In this document: positions 27,601 through 39,760 of the stretch, piece by piece
Position numbering within the stretch: position 1 is the first letter of the stretch
Layout of the letters: every line of letters begins with the position of its first letter
Assembly (NCBI GenBank): GCA_028826165.1
Contig: JAPDFW010000054.1
Location: forward strand, 124,001-188,000
Source of the DNA: Anaeramoeba ignava BMAN
Taxonomy: Eukaryota > Protista > Anaeramoebae
DNA length: 64,000 nucleotides
Direction of reading: 5' to 3'
Program-made: the position numbers and the translations under genes
The notes under the pieces: generated by a model
Databases searched by the model: none
What the model was told of the DNA's origin: nothing
The model's input: only the letters and a program-made list of their open reading frames with translations

Positions 27601-28424
27601 TTCAATATTTAATAATTCAATATTTAATTCAATATTTAATTCAATTTATTCAATTCAATTTCAATTCAATTCAATTTAATTCAATTCAATTCAATTCAAT
27701 TCAATTCAATTCAATTCAATTCAATTCAATTCAATTCAATTCAATTCAATTCAATTCAATTCAATTCAATTCAATTCAATTCAATTCAATTCAATTCAAT
27801 TCAATTCAATTCAATATTCAATTCAATATTTAATTCAATATTTAATTCAATATTTAATAATTCAATATTTAATATTTAATATTTAATATTTAATATTTAA
27901 TTCAATTTAATTTAATTCAATTCAATTCAATTCAATATTCAATTCAATTTAATTCAATTTAATATTCAATTCAATTTAATTCAATTCAATTCAATATTTA
28001 ATATTCAATTCAATTTAATATTTAATATTTAATTTAATATTTAATTTGATCAAATTAAATTTTTTAGAGTCTACTTTTATCTCCAAATATTCCTCATTTT
28101 AATATTATTGCAATACTTAATTTTCAAAATGATCTTAATTATATTGAAGCTTGGACTGAACAATTTGATTTGCCAGATTTAACATTCCATTTTCTTAGAA
28201 TTCAACAAATTATTGCATTATTTCAATCAGATATGAATGAAATTCTTGATCCAGAAATTAGAAAACAAAAATATTTTCAAATTGATATTTCAAAATTAAT
28301 TATTATTCTTTTCAAATATAAAGATATTAATAGAATTGCTTTAATGGTTCTTGAGAAAAGATTTAAAATCCAAACAAGAAAAGGAATAGATCCTTTAATT
28401 GAAAAATTATCAAAATTAATTTAA
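21627..28424 (+). CDS. SEC15: Exocyst subunit Sec15/EXOC6 (introns 21918-22682, 22827-22908, 23049-23104, 23304-25057, 25666-25761, 26182-26272, 26430-28067)
   Basis: KEIESLVNFHFQQFVYSVDELL, YLNQIAGFFVIE, FPMKFNFTDMIPQV, INWLP and FQNDLNYIE match Sec15 as I recall it. All seven GT-AG introns restore frame. Confidence 0.88.
21930..22680 (+). repeat. Intronic ~17-bp satellite AATTTAAAATATTTAT(C/T)
   Basis: Tandem degenerate copies in Sec15 intron 1. Confidence 0.88.
23325..25030 (+). repeat. Intronic 17-18-bp satellite TTATTTTAAATTCAA(A/G)T
   Basis: About 1.7 kb tandem array in Sec15 intron 4. Confidence 0.9.
26435..28045 (+). repeat. Intronic (ATTCA)n / (ATATTCA)n satellite
   Basis: Pure pentamer run at about 27680-27812 with degenerate flanks, in Sec15 intron 7. 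Confidence 0.9.
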
Positions 28425-28625
28425 ATAATTATTATTTTTAAATCAAATTAAAATTCTAAATTAAATAAAAAAAGGAGAAAAAAAAAAGAAAAAAGGAGAA
28501 AAAGAAAAAATTTTTTTTTTTAATTATTTTTTTTCATTTTTCATTTTTCATTTTTCATTTAATTTTTATTTTTCTTTTTCTTTTAATTTAATTTTTCATT
28601 TTATTTTTTATTTTTAAAAGCAAAA

Positions 28626-29832
28626 ATGCAATCTTTAGAAAACCAAACAGATGTTCGAAATGAATTTGAATTTTTTGTGCAAGAACAATTTGAATCAGAG
28701 CAAGAACAATTTGAATCAGAACCAGAACAATTTGAATCAGAACCAGAACAATTTGAATCAGAACCAGAACAATTTGAATTAAAACAATTTGATTTATTTG
28801 ATCCACAAGAAAATGAAAACGATTTAGGATTTAATTATGGTATTATAGAAACAGAAAAAGAAACAGAAACAGAAAAAGAAAAAGAAAAAGAAAAAGAAAA
28901 AGAAAAAGAAGCAAAAACAATTACAAAAGAAGAAATGTTTAGAATACAAAAACGTAATTATTAAAAATAAAAAAGAAATTATTCAAATAGTCAATTTTAT
29001 TTAAATTTTTATTTAAATTTTTATTTAATTTTTTTATTTAAATTTTTTTATTTAAATTTTTATTTAAATTTTCTTTTGATCATTTTTTAATTAAAAAAAA
29101 TTTTTTTTTTTGGATTTTTAATTTTTAAAAATTTTGACTAATTTTTCTCATTTATTTTTTTTCCTTTTTTTTTTTTCTTCTTTAATTTAATTTATTTTAT
29201 ATTTAGTGATTAATGAAATTCCAATTTACACTCAAAAAGGAAATCAAATAAAAACAAAATTGCAAGTTCTCACTCAACCAGTAAATGAAAAAGGAGGAGG
29301 AGGAACAAATAAGGGTTTTTCTTATCAAGAATTTATAAAGAATTCCCAAAAAGAACAACTTTTTCCAAATTTTGTTTTTCAAGTAAATTTTTTTGTTCTT
29401 TTAACAAATTTAGAAAAAGAAAAAAAAATGAAAATTTATCTCGAAGAAGATTATGTTCACAATCAAAGTGATCCAAATGTACTTATTATTATTTATTTTG
29501 ATCCGCTTTATGAACAACCAGAATCTTCTCTTACTAAAGATTTTCTAGTTTCACTTGATACATTTAGTTCTAAACAACAAGTTAAAACAGATTCTCCTCC
29601 TCCTTTAGATCCTCTTTCAATTAGTATTTTTTTATTTCTCCCAATTTTTATTTATTTTAATTTTTTTCTTTCTTTCTTTCTTTTCTATTTTAATTTAAAA
29701 ACAAAAATAGCAAAAAACAAAACTAATCCAAAACATTCAAAACATTCAAAAAGTAAACGAACCAAAAGGAAGAAAAATGATCATTCTAATTCCGATAACA
29801 ACGATTTAAAACATCATCGGAAAAGGAAATGA
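28626..29832 (+). CDS. Hypothetical protein with N-terminal EQFESEP repeats and a basic (NLS-like) C-terminus; introns 28954-29206 and about 29624-29710
   Basis: ATG follows TCATTT motifs, GT-AG introns join the ORFs in frame, no family recognised. Confidence 0.6.
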
Positions 29833-30409
29833 TTTTTAAAAGCAATTCTTTAAGTGGATACACTTAAAATTATCAAAAAATTATTCTTTTTTTTTTAATT
29901 TGATTTACTTTTAATTTTGTTTTACTTTTAATTTTGTTTTTGTTTTACTTTTAATTTTTTGTTTTTTACTGTTTGAATTTTTTTCCGTTTTTAAAAATAA
30001 AAAATTAAAAGAGAAAAAGAAACTTTTTTATTTTTGATTTTATTTATCAATTTAAATTTAATTTATTTTGATTTTGATTTTGATTTTGATTTTGATTTTA
30101 ATTTTAATTTTGATTTTAATCTATTTCTTTAATCTATTTATTTAATCTATTTATTTAATCTATTTATTTAATCTATTTTATCTATTTTATCTATTATTGT
30201 AAATTGTAATTTCTTATTTTTTCTTTTTTGATTTGTATTTTGATTTTGATTTTGATTTTGATTTTGAATTTGATTTTAATTTTGATTTTGATTTTGATTT
30301 TGATTTTGATTTTGATTTTGATTTTGATTTTGATTTTGATTTTGATTTTGATTTTAATTTATTTTATTTAATTTTATTTTTTTAATCTATTTATTTAATC
30401 TATTTATTT

Positions 30410-32460
30410 AATCTATTTTATCTATTATTTTAAATTGTAATTTCTTATTTTTTCTTTTTTGATTTGTATTTTGATTTTGTTTCTGTTTTTCTTGTTTCAT
30501 TTCTGGTTTCATTTCTTGTTGTTTTTCTTGTTTCATTTCTTGTTTCATTTTTGTTTTTTTTTTTTTGTTTGATTTTTGTTTTGATTTCTTGTTTCTGTTT
30601 CTTGTTTCATTTTTGTTTCTGTTTTTCTTGTTGTTTTTCTTGTTTCATTTCTGGTTTCATTTCTTGTTTCATTTCTTGTTTCATTTCTTGTTTCATTTTT
30701 TGTTGGCTTTGATTCTGTTTCTTATTTTTTCTTATTTTTTCTTTCTCTTTAATTTCATTTCGATTAACTTTTTCCTTCGCTAAAAATATCGAAATTGGAC
30801 TTTTGTTTAACTCTCGCTCCTTTAACAAAAAACTCCCAGAATCAGAAATAATTTTTTCTGAAAAAATAACCTTCTTTCTTCCATTCAAAACAAATTGCTC
30901 ATTCTTTTTTAAAACATCAAGAAACAAATCAATTTTTCCAACAAGTGAAATATTATCAATACTCTTGACAAGTTTTTTTAAAATAGATTCAATAGGAATA
31001 ACCAATTCAGGAAAAGAAATGGAATAAGAATGCAAATCCAAGAAAAACATCAAAGAACCCAAAGCATTTTCAAGTATTTGATTTCGAAAAAAAGAAATTT
31101 CTTCTTGAGATTTAAAATAAAGAATATTTTTTAATTGATCCAAATTTTGATCCAAATTTTGAGCATTTCCAGAAAAACTCAAAATCTCAATTATAAAAGC
31201 AGTGGTTGGAATGAATAAATTTGTTTCACTTGATAAATTGTTTAAAATTTCAATAATCATTAATCTTATCGGAATAAATCTTTCCGAATTCAAAATTTTC
31301 AGAGTTGCAATGCAAAGTTCAATAAAAGAATAAATTAATGGCTTGAATTTTTGATTCATTCCTGTTTTTTGTTGGAAGAAAATCCCCCACAATTTTAAAC
31401 TATTCACAAATTGCCAATTACAAATGTTCTTGCAAATTGAATCCTAAATTCAAAAAAAAGAAAATTTTTTTTTTCAAATGAAAAAACTTATTGAAAATTT
31501 TTTTTTTGATTTTTTCTTTTGAAAAATACAAGTTCTTTTGATATTGTTGCATTGCGAAGATAAACAGCAAATTGTCTTAGATAAATAAATATCAATTGAT
31601 ACGAAATATCTTCATCAATTCCATATAAATCAAGTATTGAATTCTGAAGAAAATTTGTATATGATTCTTCTTTTGAATTTAAATAATCACTAATTTTTAA
31701 AAATTGGAAATAAATTTGCTATTTTTTTTTTCTTTTTTAATTTTTTCATTCATTTTCAACTTGTGTTATTTTTATATAAATTTCCATACTTCTAAATTTT
31801 TCTGAAATTCATCAATTTGAGAAAATATTGAAATTTTCCTGTAAATTCCAAAAGCTAATTTCCTTATTTCAAAATCATTATTGATCCAAAAATCCAATAA
31901 AAGCTTTTTATTTTTTTATCAAAAAAAAAAGATTATTTATAAAATTTTCTTTCTTGAAAAGTTTCAAAATGATTTACTTGTCCTAAATGTGCCTTTTCTG
32001 TTTCAAAACATGCGAAATAAGGAAGTAAATTTTGATTGATTTTTTTTAAAATAATTTTTTCAACTTCAAAAAAATTTTCTTTTAAAAGTAAAAGAACAAA
32101 ATTCACAAAAATCAAGCAAATATCCATAATTTGATTCCATTCTTCGCAATCATTTGGTAATTTTTTGTTTTCAATCCCGATATTTGAACTAAAGATAAAT
32201 TTTTTACAATTAAATTTTTTTTCAAATTTATTTTTTATAAAATTATTAATTTACTATTTTGTCCATTTTTTTGAATCAAATTGAAGTATTTTATCAAATG
32301 TTAATGCTATTTTTTCTATACTTAATAAAACAAATTCTGAATCAAATTGTTCGAAATTGTTTTTATTTATTTTTTGTAAATTTTCTAAAATTTCGTTAAT
32401 ATTTTGAATTGTAATGAATGAGTTTTTTTCAATAATATTTTTTAATTGTGAAATTTCCAT
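30410..32460 (-). CDS. NOC2: Nucleolar complex protein 2 homologue (multi-exon; 3' end approximate because of a frameshift in the KQEM repeat)
   Basis: YQLIFIYLRQFAVYLR, CNWQFVNSLKLWG, PLIYSFIELCIATLKILNSERFIPIRL and SISFPELVIP match Noc2/NOC2L motifs. Confidence 0.8.
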
Positions 32461-32569
32461 TTTGAAAAATGTAAATTTAAAAGAAAAAAATGATTTCAAA
32501 AAAAATTGAAAAAAATAAATTTAAATCAATCAATTTAAAAAGAAAAATTATTTAATTTCAAAAATTTAA

Positions 32570-33870
32570 AAAAATAAAAATAAAAAAAAATAGATTTAAT
32601 TTAATATTTAATTTTATAAAATAAATTTTTAAAATATAATTTAATTTAATATTTAATTTTATTAAAAATATAAAAATATTAATTTATTGTTTTATATTTA
32701 AATATTTTCTTATCTCAATATTAAAACATAAAAATATCAAAAATAAGAATAGATTTAATTTAATATTTAGTTTATCAATCAATTTAAAAATATAATTTAA
32801 TATTTAATTTTATTACTAAAATATTAATTTAATGTTTTATATTTAAATATTTTTTATGATTATCTCAATTTAATGTTTTTATTTAAAATTTTATTATTTC
32901 AATATTCAAATATAAAAAAAAATAAAGAATAGATTTAATTTAATATTTAATTTATAAATTAATTTAAAAATATAATTTAATATTTAATTTTATTATTAAA
33001 ATATAATTTATTGTTTTTAGATTTAAATATTTTCTTATTTAAATATTAAACATAAAAATATCAAAAATAAGAATAGATTTAATTTAATATTTAAATTTTA
33101 AAATTAATTTAAAAATATAATTTAATATTTAATTTAAATATTATTAAAATAACATAAAAAATTTAATGATTTAATTTTATATTTAAATTAATTTAAAAAT
33201 TTTTCTAATATTTAATTTCAATATTTAACATAAAAATATATTCAACATAAAAAATCAAAATAGAAATTTATTTAATTAATAAATTTAATTTAATATTTAA
33301 TTTTTATAAATTAATTTAAAAATATAATTTAATATTTAATTTTATTATTAAAATAATAATTTAATGTTTTTAGATTTAAATATTTTCTTAATATTTAACA
33401 TAAAAATATAAAAATAAGAATAGATTTAATTTAATATTTAAAATTAATTTAAAAATATAAAATATATTAAAATAAAAAATTTAAATAATTTCAACATATA
33501 AATATCAAAAATTTAATTTAATATTTGATTTATAAATTAATTTAAATTATAAAATATTAATTTAAATTTCAATATTTAAAAATATAATTTAATTTTATTT
33601 GATTTATAAATTAATTTTAAAAATATTTTTAGATTTAAATATTTTATTATTTAAATATTTAAATATAAAAATATAAAAATAAGAATAGATTTGATTTAAT
33701 ATTTAATTTATAAATTAATTTAAAAATATAATTTAATATTTAATTTTATTATTAAAATAATAATTTAATGTTTTAGATTTAAATATTTTCTTATCTAAAT
33801 ATCATAACATAAAAATATAAAAATTAAAATAGATTTAATTTAATATTAATTTTTAAATCAATTTTATTAT
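32570..33870 (+). repeat. Degenerate ~140-180-bp intergenic tandem repeat, almost free of G/C
   Basis: Core AAGAATAGATTTAATTTAATATTT or close variants recur near 32590, 32745, 32925, 33068, 33415, 33680 and 33828. Confidence 0.7.
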
Positions 33871-34258
33871 TTTTTTAAATTATAAAAATCAAAAATAAAA
33901 TAAATAAAAATTAAAATAATTTATTTAATTTTTAATTTTTCATTTTTTCATTTAAATTTTCATTTTTAATTAAGTAAAATAAGAATATTTAAAAATTCAT
34001 TATAAAGATATTAAATTAAACATAAAAATAATATTAAAAACATTCCAATAAACAAAATATTTATAAATTATTAATTAAAATAAAATTTATTTAATCAAAA
34101 AAAATTTTTTTCCTGTTTTTTTATTTATTAAATTAAACAATAAATTATATATAAAAATATTAAACTAAACATAAATTATTTATTAAAAACATTTACATAA
34201 TTAAAATAATTAATAATTTATTAATTAAAATATTTTTATTTCAAAAAAAAAAAAGAAA

Positions 34259-37200
34259 ATGAATCAAAATCAAAATCAAATTCAATTCCAAATTAAAAAA
34301 TTTAATAAATTCTTAATAAATCAAGCAAATAAACAAATTGGTTTAATGTTTGGAAATGAAGAAACTTCAGATTTTCAAATTTATTGCGGAAAAGATAAAA
34401 TTTTAATTCCTTGTCATAAATCAATTTTAGAAGCTCGTTCAAAATATTTTATGATAAATAGAAAAGAAAACAAATTTAATTCAATTTATTTTAATAATTT
34501 TAGTTCTGAAATTGTTAAACCAATTATTAAATTTTTTTATAATGGAAAATTTAAATTTGATAAACAAAAATTTGATGAATATTTTAAATTTGCAAATGAA
34601 ATTAAATTAAAAGAAATTAAAATCAAAATTGAACTTGAAATTCAATCAATTTTTAATATTCAAAATATTTTGGAAATTTATTTCAAATCTCAAAAAATTA
34701 ATTCAAAAAATCTTTCTCAAAATTGTGAAAAATTTATTTTCCAAAATATTCAATTTATCATTTCAAATCCAAATTTTGATAAATATTTAAATCAAAATCA
34801 AAATCAAATTTACAATTTTATTGGGTTAATTTCTTTAAATCAAAATATTTCAAATAAACTTCAAATTATTCAACAAATTAAACAAAAATTAAACCAAAAT
34901 AATCAAAAAGAAAAAGAAAAAGAAAATATTGAAATTGAAATTGAAAATTCTTTTTCAAATTTATTAAATCAAATTTCACAAACAAAATCAATTAATCAAT
35001 TTCAAATTCAACAAATCAAAAATACATCAATTTCCCAAATTCAAAATAATATTGTTTTCTTAAATTCAAATATTGAAGAATTTGAACAAGAAAATAAAAA
35101 AACAAAATCTCAAATTTATCAACTTGATAATAAACAAAGTAAAATCCAAGAAACAAATTTTGAGAAACAAAAAGAAAAAGAAGAATTGGAAAAAATTAAA
35201 AACCAAATTCAAGAAATTCAAGAAGAATATCAAAAATGGAAAAAAGAAATTCAAGAAAAATTTCAACAATTAATTCAAAATGATGAAAAAATGAAAAAAG
35301 ATTTACAAGAATTTAATAAAATTATTACTAATTTGAAAGAATTATTTGAACAAAATAGAAAACAATATTTAGAAAATTTTCAAAAAAAAATTCAAGAAAT
35401 TCAAAATCAATTCAAAAAAAGAAAGAATATAAACTTTGGAAGAAATTGATAAAAAATATCAAGAATTAATAAATTTTCCCAAATCAAAAACAGAAGAAGA
35501 TTTAAAATCATTTGAAGAAAGAATTCAACAATTTAAAAATGAATTTGAAACAGACACAAAAAAAGAAATTGAAGAAATTGAAGAATTTAAACAATTTATT
35601 CAACAAAACAGAAACGAAAATGAAAATGAAAATGAAAATGAGAATTTAGAAAAAATTGATAAAATAATTCAAAAAATAAAAAATAGAATTAAATTTAAAA
35701 AAAATAAATATTTAGAAAAAATTGAAAAGAAAATTCAAGAAATTGAAATTCAAAATAAAAATAAAAATTTAAATGAAATTGAAAAAATGATTCAAGAATT
35801 TAATAATGAAATTGAAAAAAGAAAAAATGAATTTTATTCAAAAATTGATCAAGAAAACAAAAATATTCAAAATGAAATTGAAAATCAAAAATTCAAAACC
35901 AAAGAAAAAATTCTTCAATCATCAAGAAAAACAAAAAATTTTTTACAAGAACTTTCAAATAAAATTCAACAACAAAATCAAAGTAAATCAAAATACAAAA
36001 ACAAAAAGGAAATTAAATTAAATTAAATTATTTTTTTTTAAAAAAAGGAAAAACAAAAGAATTAATTGAAATTGATATTCCTTTTATTATTAAAGCAATG
36101 AATAATTTCCCTAAAAATAAAAATATTCAATTTAAAGGATGTGGAGCTTTAGGGAATATTGCTGTTAATAAAGGTAAATTAAAATTAAAATTCCAAATGA
36201 ATAAATAAATTAAAAAAATTATTTTAATCAATTATTTATTATTAATAATTAATCAAAAATTAATCAATTTTATTTTAAATAAAAATAAAAATAAAAATAA
36301 AAATAGAAAATCAAATTAAAATAAGAAATTTAAATGGAATTGAACCTATTATTAAATCAATGAATAATTTCCAAAATAATCAAGATATTCAAAAAAATGG
36401 ATGTGGAGCTTTAGGGAATATTGCTGCTAATAATAAGGTAAATTAAAATTAAAATACCAAATGAATAAATAAATTAAAAATATTATTTTAATCAATTATT
36501 TATTATTAATAATTAATCAAAAATTAATCAATTTTATTTTAAATAAAAATAAAAATAAAAATAAAAATAAAAATAGAAAATAAAATTGAAATAAGAAATT
36601 TAAATGGAATTGAAACTATTATTAAATCAATGAATAATTTCCAAAATAATCAAGATATTCAAAAACATGGATGTAGAGCTTTATGGAATATTGCTGTTAA
36701 TAATGAAGGTAAATTAAAATTAAAATTCCAAATGAATAAATAAATTAAAAATATTATTTTAATCAATTATTTATTATTAATAATTAATCAAAAATTAATC
36801 AATTTTATTTTAAATAAAAATAAAAATAAAAATAAAAATAGAAAATCAAATTGAAATAAGAAATTTAAATGGAATTGATCCTATTATTAAATCAATGAAT
36901 AATTACCAAAATAATCAAGATATTCAAGAATATGGATGTTTAGCTTTAGGGAATATTGCTGTTAATAAAGGTAAATTAAAATTAAAATACTAAATGAATA
37001 AATAAATTAAAAATATTATTTTAATCAATTATTTATTATTAATAATTAATCAAAAATTAATCAATTTTATTTTAAATAAAAATAAAAATTAAAAATAAAA
37101 ATAGAAAATAAAATTGAAATAAGAAATTTAAATGGAATTGAACCTATTATTAAATCAATGAATAATTTCCAAAATAATCAAGATATTCAAAAACATGGAT

Positions 37201-39628
37201 GTAGAACTTTAGGGAATATTGCTTTTAATAAAGGTAAATTAAAATTAAAATTCCAAATGAATAAATAAATTAAAAATATTATTTTAATCAATTATTTATT
37301 ATTAATAATTAATCAAAAATTAATCAATTTTAATTTATTTTCCAAAATAAAAATAAAAATCAAAATCAAAATAGAAAATCAAATTGAAATAAGAAATTTA
37401 AAAGGAATTGAACCTATTATTAAATCAATGAATAATTTCCAAAATAATCAATTTATTCAAAAACATGGATGTAGAGCTTTAGGGAATATTGCTTTAATAA
37501 TGAAGGTAAATTAAAATTAAAATACCAAATGAATAAATAAATTAAAAAAATTATTTTAATCAATTATTTATTATTAATAATTAATCAAAAATTAATCAAT
37601 TTTATTTTAAATAAAAATAAAAATAAAAATAAAAATAGAAAATCAAATTAAAATAAGAAATTTAAAAGGAATTGAAACTATTATTAAATCAATGAATAAT
37701 TTCCAAAATAATCAAGATATTCAAAAATATGGATGTAGAGCTTTAGGGAATATTGCTAATAATGAAGGTAAATTAAAATTAAAATTCCAAATGAATAAAT
37801 AAATTAAAAAAATTATTTTAATCAATTATTTATTATTAATAATTAATCAAAAATTAATCAATTTTATTTTAAATAAAAATAAAAATAAAAATAAAAATAA
37901 AAATAGAAAATCAAATTGAAATAAGAAATTTAAATGGAATTGAACCTATTATTAAATCAATGAATAATTTCCCAAATAATCAATTTATTCAAAAACAAGG
38001 ATGTTGAGCTTTAGGGAATATTGCTGTTATTAATGATGGTAAATTAAAATTAAAATTCCAAATGAATAAATAAATTAAAAATATTATTTTAATCAATTAT
38101 TTATTATTAATAATTAATCAAAAATTAATCAATTTTATTTTAAATAAAAATAAAAATAAAAATAAAAATAGAAAATCAAATTGAAATAAGAAATTTAAAT
38201 GGAATTGAAACTATTATTAAATCAATGAATAATTTCCAAAATAATCAAGATATTCAAAAAATATGGATGTGGAGCTTTATTGAATATTGCTTTTAATAAT
38301 GAAGGTAAATTAAAATTAAAATTCCAAATGAATAAATAAATTAAAAATATTATTTTAATCAATTATTTATTATTAATAATTAATCAAAAATTAATCAATT
38401 TTATTTTAAATAAAAATAAAAATAAAAATAAAAATAAAAATAGAAAATCAAAATTGAAATAAGAAATTTAAATGGAATTGAACCTATTATTAAATCAATG
38501 AATAATTTCCAAAATAATCAATTTATTCAAAAACAAGGATGTGGAGCTTTAGGGAATATTGCTGTTAATAATAAAGGTAAATTAAAATTAAAATTCCAAA
38601 TGAATAAATAAATTAAAAATATTATTTTAATCAATTATTTATTATTAATAATTAATCAAAAATTAATCAATTTTATTTTAAATAAAAATAAAAATAAAAA
38701 TAAAAATAGAAAATAAAATTGAAATAAGAAATTTAAATGGAATTGAACCTATTATTAAATCAATGAATAATTTCCCAAATAATCAAGATATTCAAAAACA
38801 AGGATGTTGGGCTTTAAATAATCTATCTTTTAATAAAGGTAAATTAAAATTAAAATTCCAAATGAATAAATAAATTAAAAATATTATTTTAATCAATTAT
38901 TTATTATTAATAATTAATCAAAAATTAATCAATTTTATTTTAAATAAAAATAAAAATAAAAATAAAAATAAAAATAGAAAATCAAATTGAAATAAGAAAT
39001 TTAAATGGAATTGAAACTATTATTAAATCAATGAATAATTTCCAAAATAATCAATTTATTCAAAAACAAGGATGTAGAGCTTTAGGGAATATTGCTTTTA
39101 ATAATGAAGGTAAATTAAAATTAAAATTCCAAATGAATAAATAAATTAAAAATATTATTTTAATCAATTATTTATTATTAATAATTAATCAAAAATTAAT
39201 CAATTTTATTTTAAATAAAAATAAAAATAAAAATAGAAAATAAAATTGAAATAAGAAATTTAAATGGAATTGAAACTATTATTAAATCAATGAATAATTT
39301 CCAAAATAATCAAGATATTCAAAATAAGGATGTTTAGCTTTAGGGAATATTGCTTTTAATAATAGAGGTAAATTAAAATTAAAATTTCAAATGAATAAAT
39401 TAAAAATATTATTTTAATCAATTATTTATTATTAATAATTAATCAAAAATTAATCAATTTTATTTTAAATAAAAATAAAAATAAAAATAAAAATAGAAAA
39501 TAAAATTGAAATAAGAAATTTAAATGGAATTGAAACTATTATTAAATCAATGAATAATTTCCAAAATAATCAAGATATTCAAAAACAAGGATGTAGAGCT
39601 TTAGGGAATATTGCTGTTAATAATGAAG
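34259..39628 (+). CDS. BTB/POZ + long coiled-coil + armadillo-repeat protein (3' end unresolved; frameshift near 35430)
   Basis: BTB motif TSDFQIYCGKDKILIPCHKSILEARSKYF...IIKFFYNG. Intron 35983-36047 leads into 14 ARM exons (ENQIEIRNLNGIEPIIKSMNNFQNNQDIQKxGCxALxNIAxN). Confidence 0.82.
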
Positions 39629-39760
39629 GTAAATTAAAATTAAAATTCCAAATGAATAAATAAATTAAAAATATTATTTTAATCAATTATTTATTATTAA
39701 TAATTAATCAAAAATTAATCAATTTTATTTTTAAATAAAAATAAAAATAAAAACAAAAAT
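36048..39760 (+). repeat. Tandem exon+intron unit, period 258-272 bp, 14 clear copies
   Basis: GTAAATT donors at 36174, 36438, 36709, 36971, 37234, 37506, 37768, 38039, 38305, 38577, 38839, 39110, 39368 and 39629; introns near-identical. Confidence 0.95.

Noticed and set aside
27680-27812. (ATTCA)n or other arrays as telomeric or centromeric repeats
   Set aside because: They lie inside frame-validated introns, lack G-rich telomere character, and differ from intron to intron.
35400-35450. Programmed ribosomal frameshift between the two BTB/coiled-coil ORFs
   Set aside because: It lies among A homopolymers, similar 1-nt breaks occur in several genes here, and no stimulatory structure is evident. 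Sequencing error is more likely.
38005-38007. Alternative genetic code or selenocysteine at the in-frame TGA
   Set aside because: TGA terminates syntaxin-5 (1722-1724), Trp is TGG throughout, and long ORFs have no internal stops.
36048-39760. CRISPR-like appearance (constant blocks alternating with variable blocks)
   Set aside because: Units are ~265 bp, the variable parts are homologous ARM exons flanked by GT-AG, there are no cas genes, and the context is eukaryotic.
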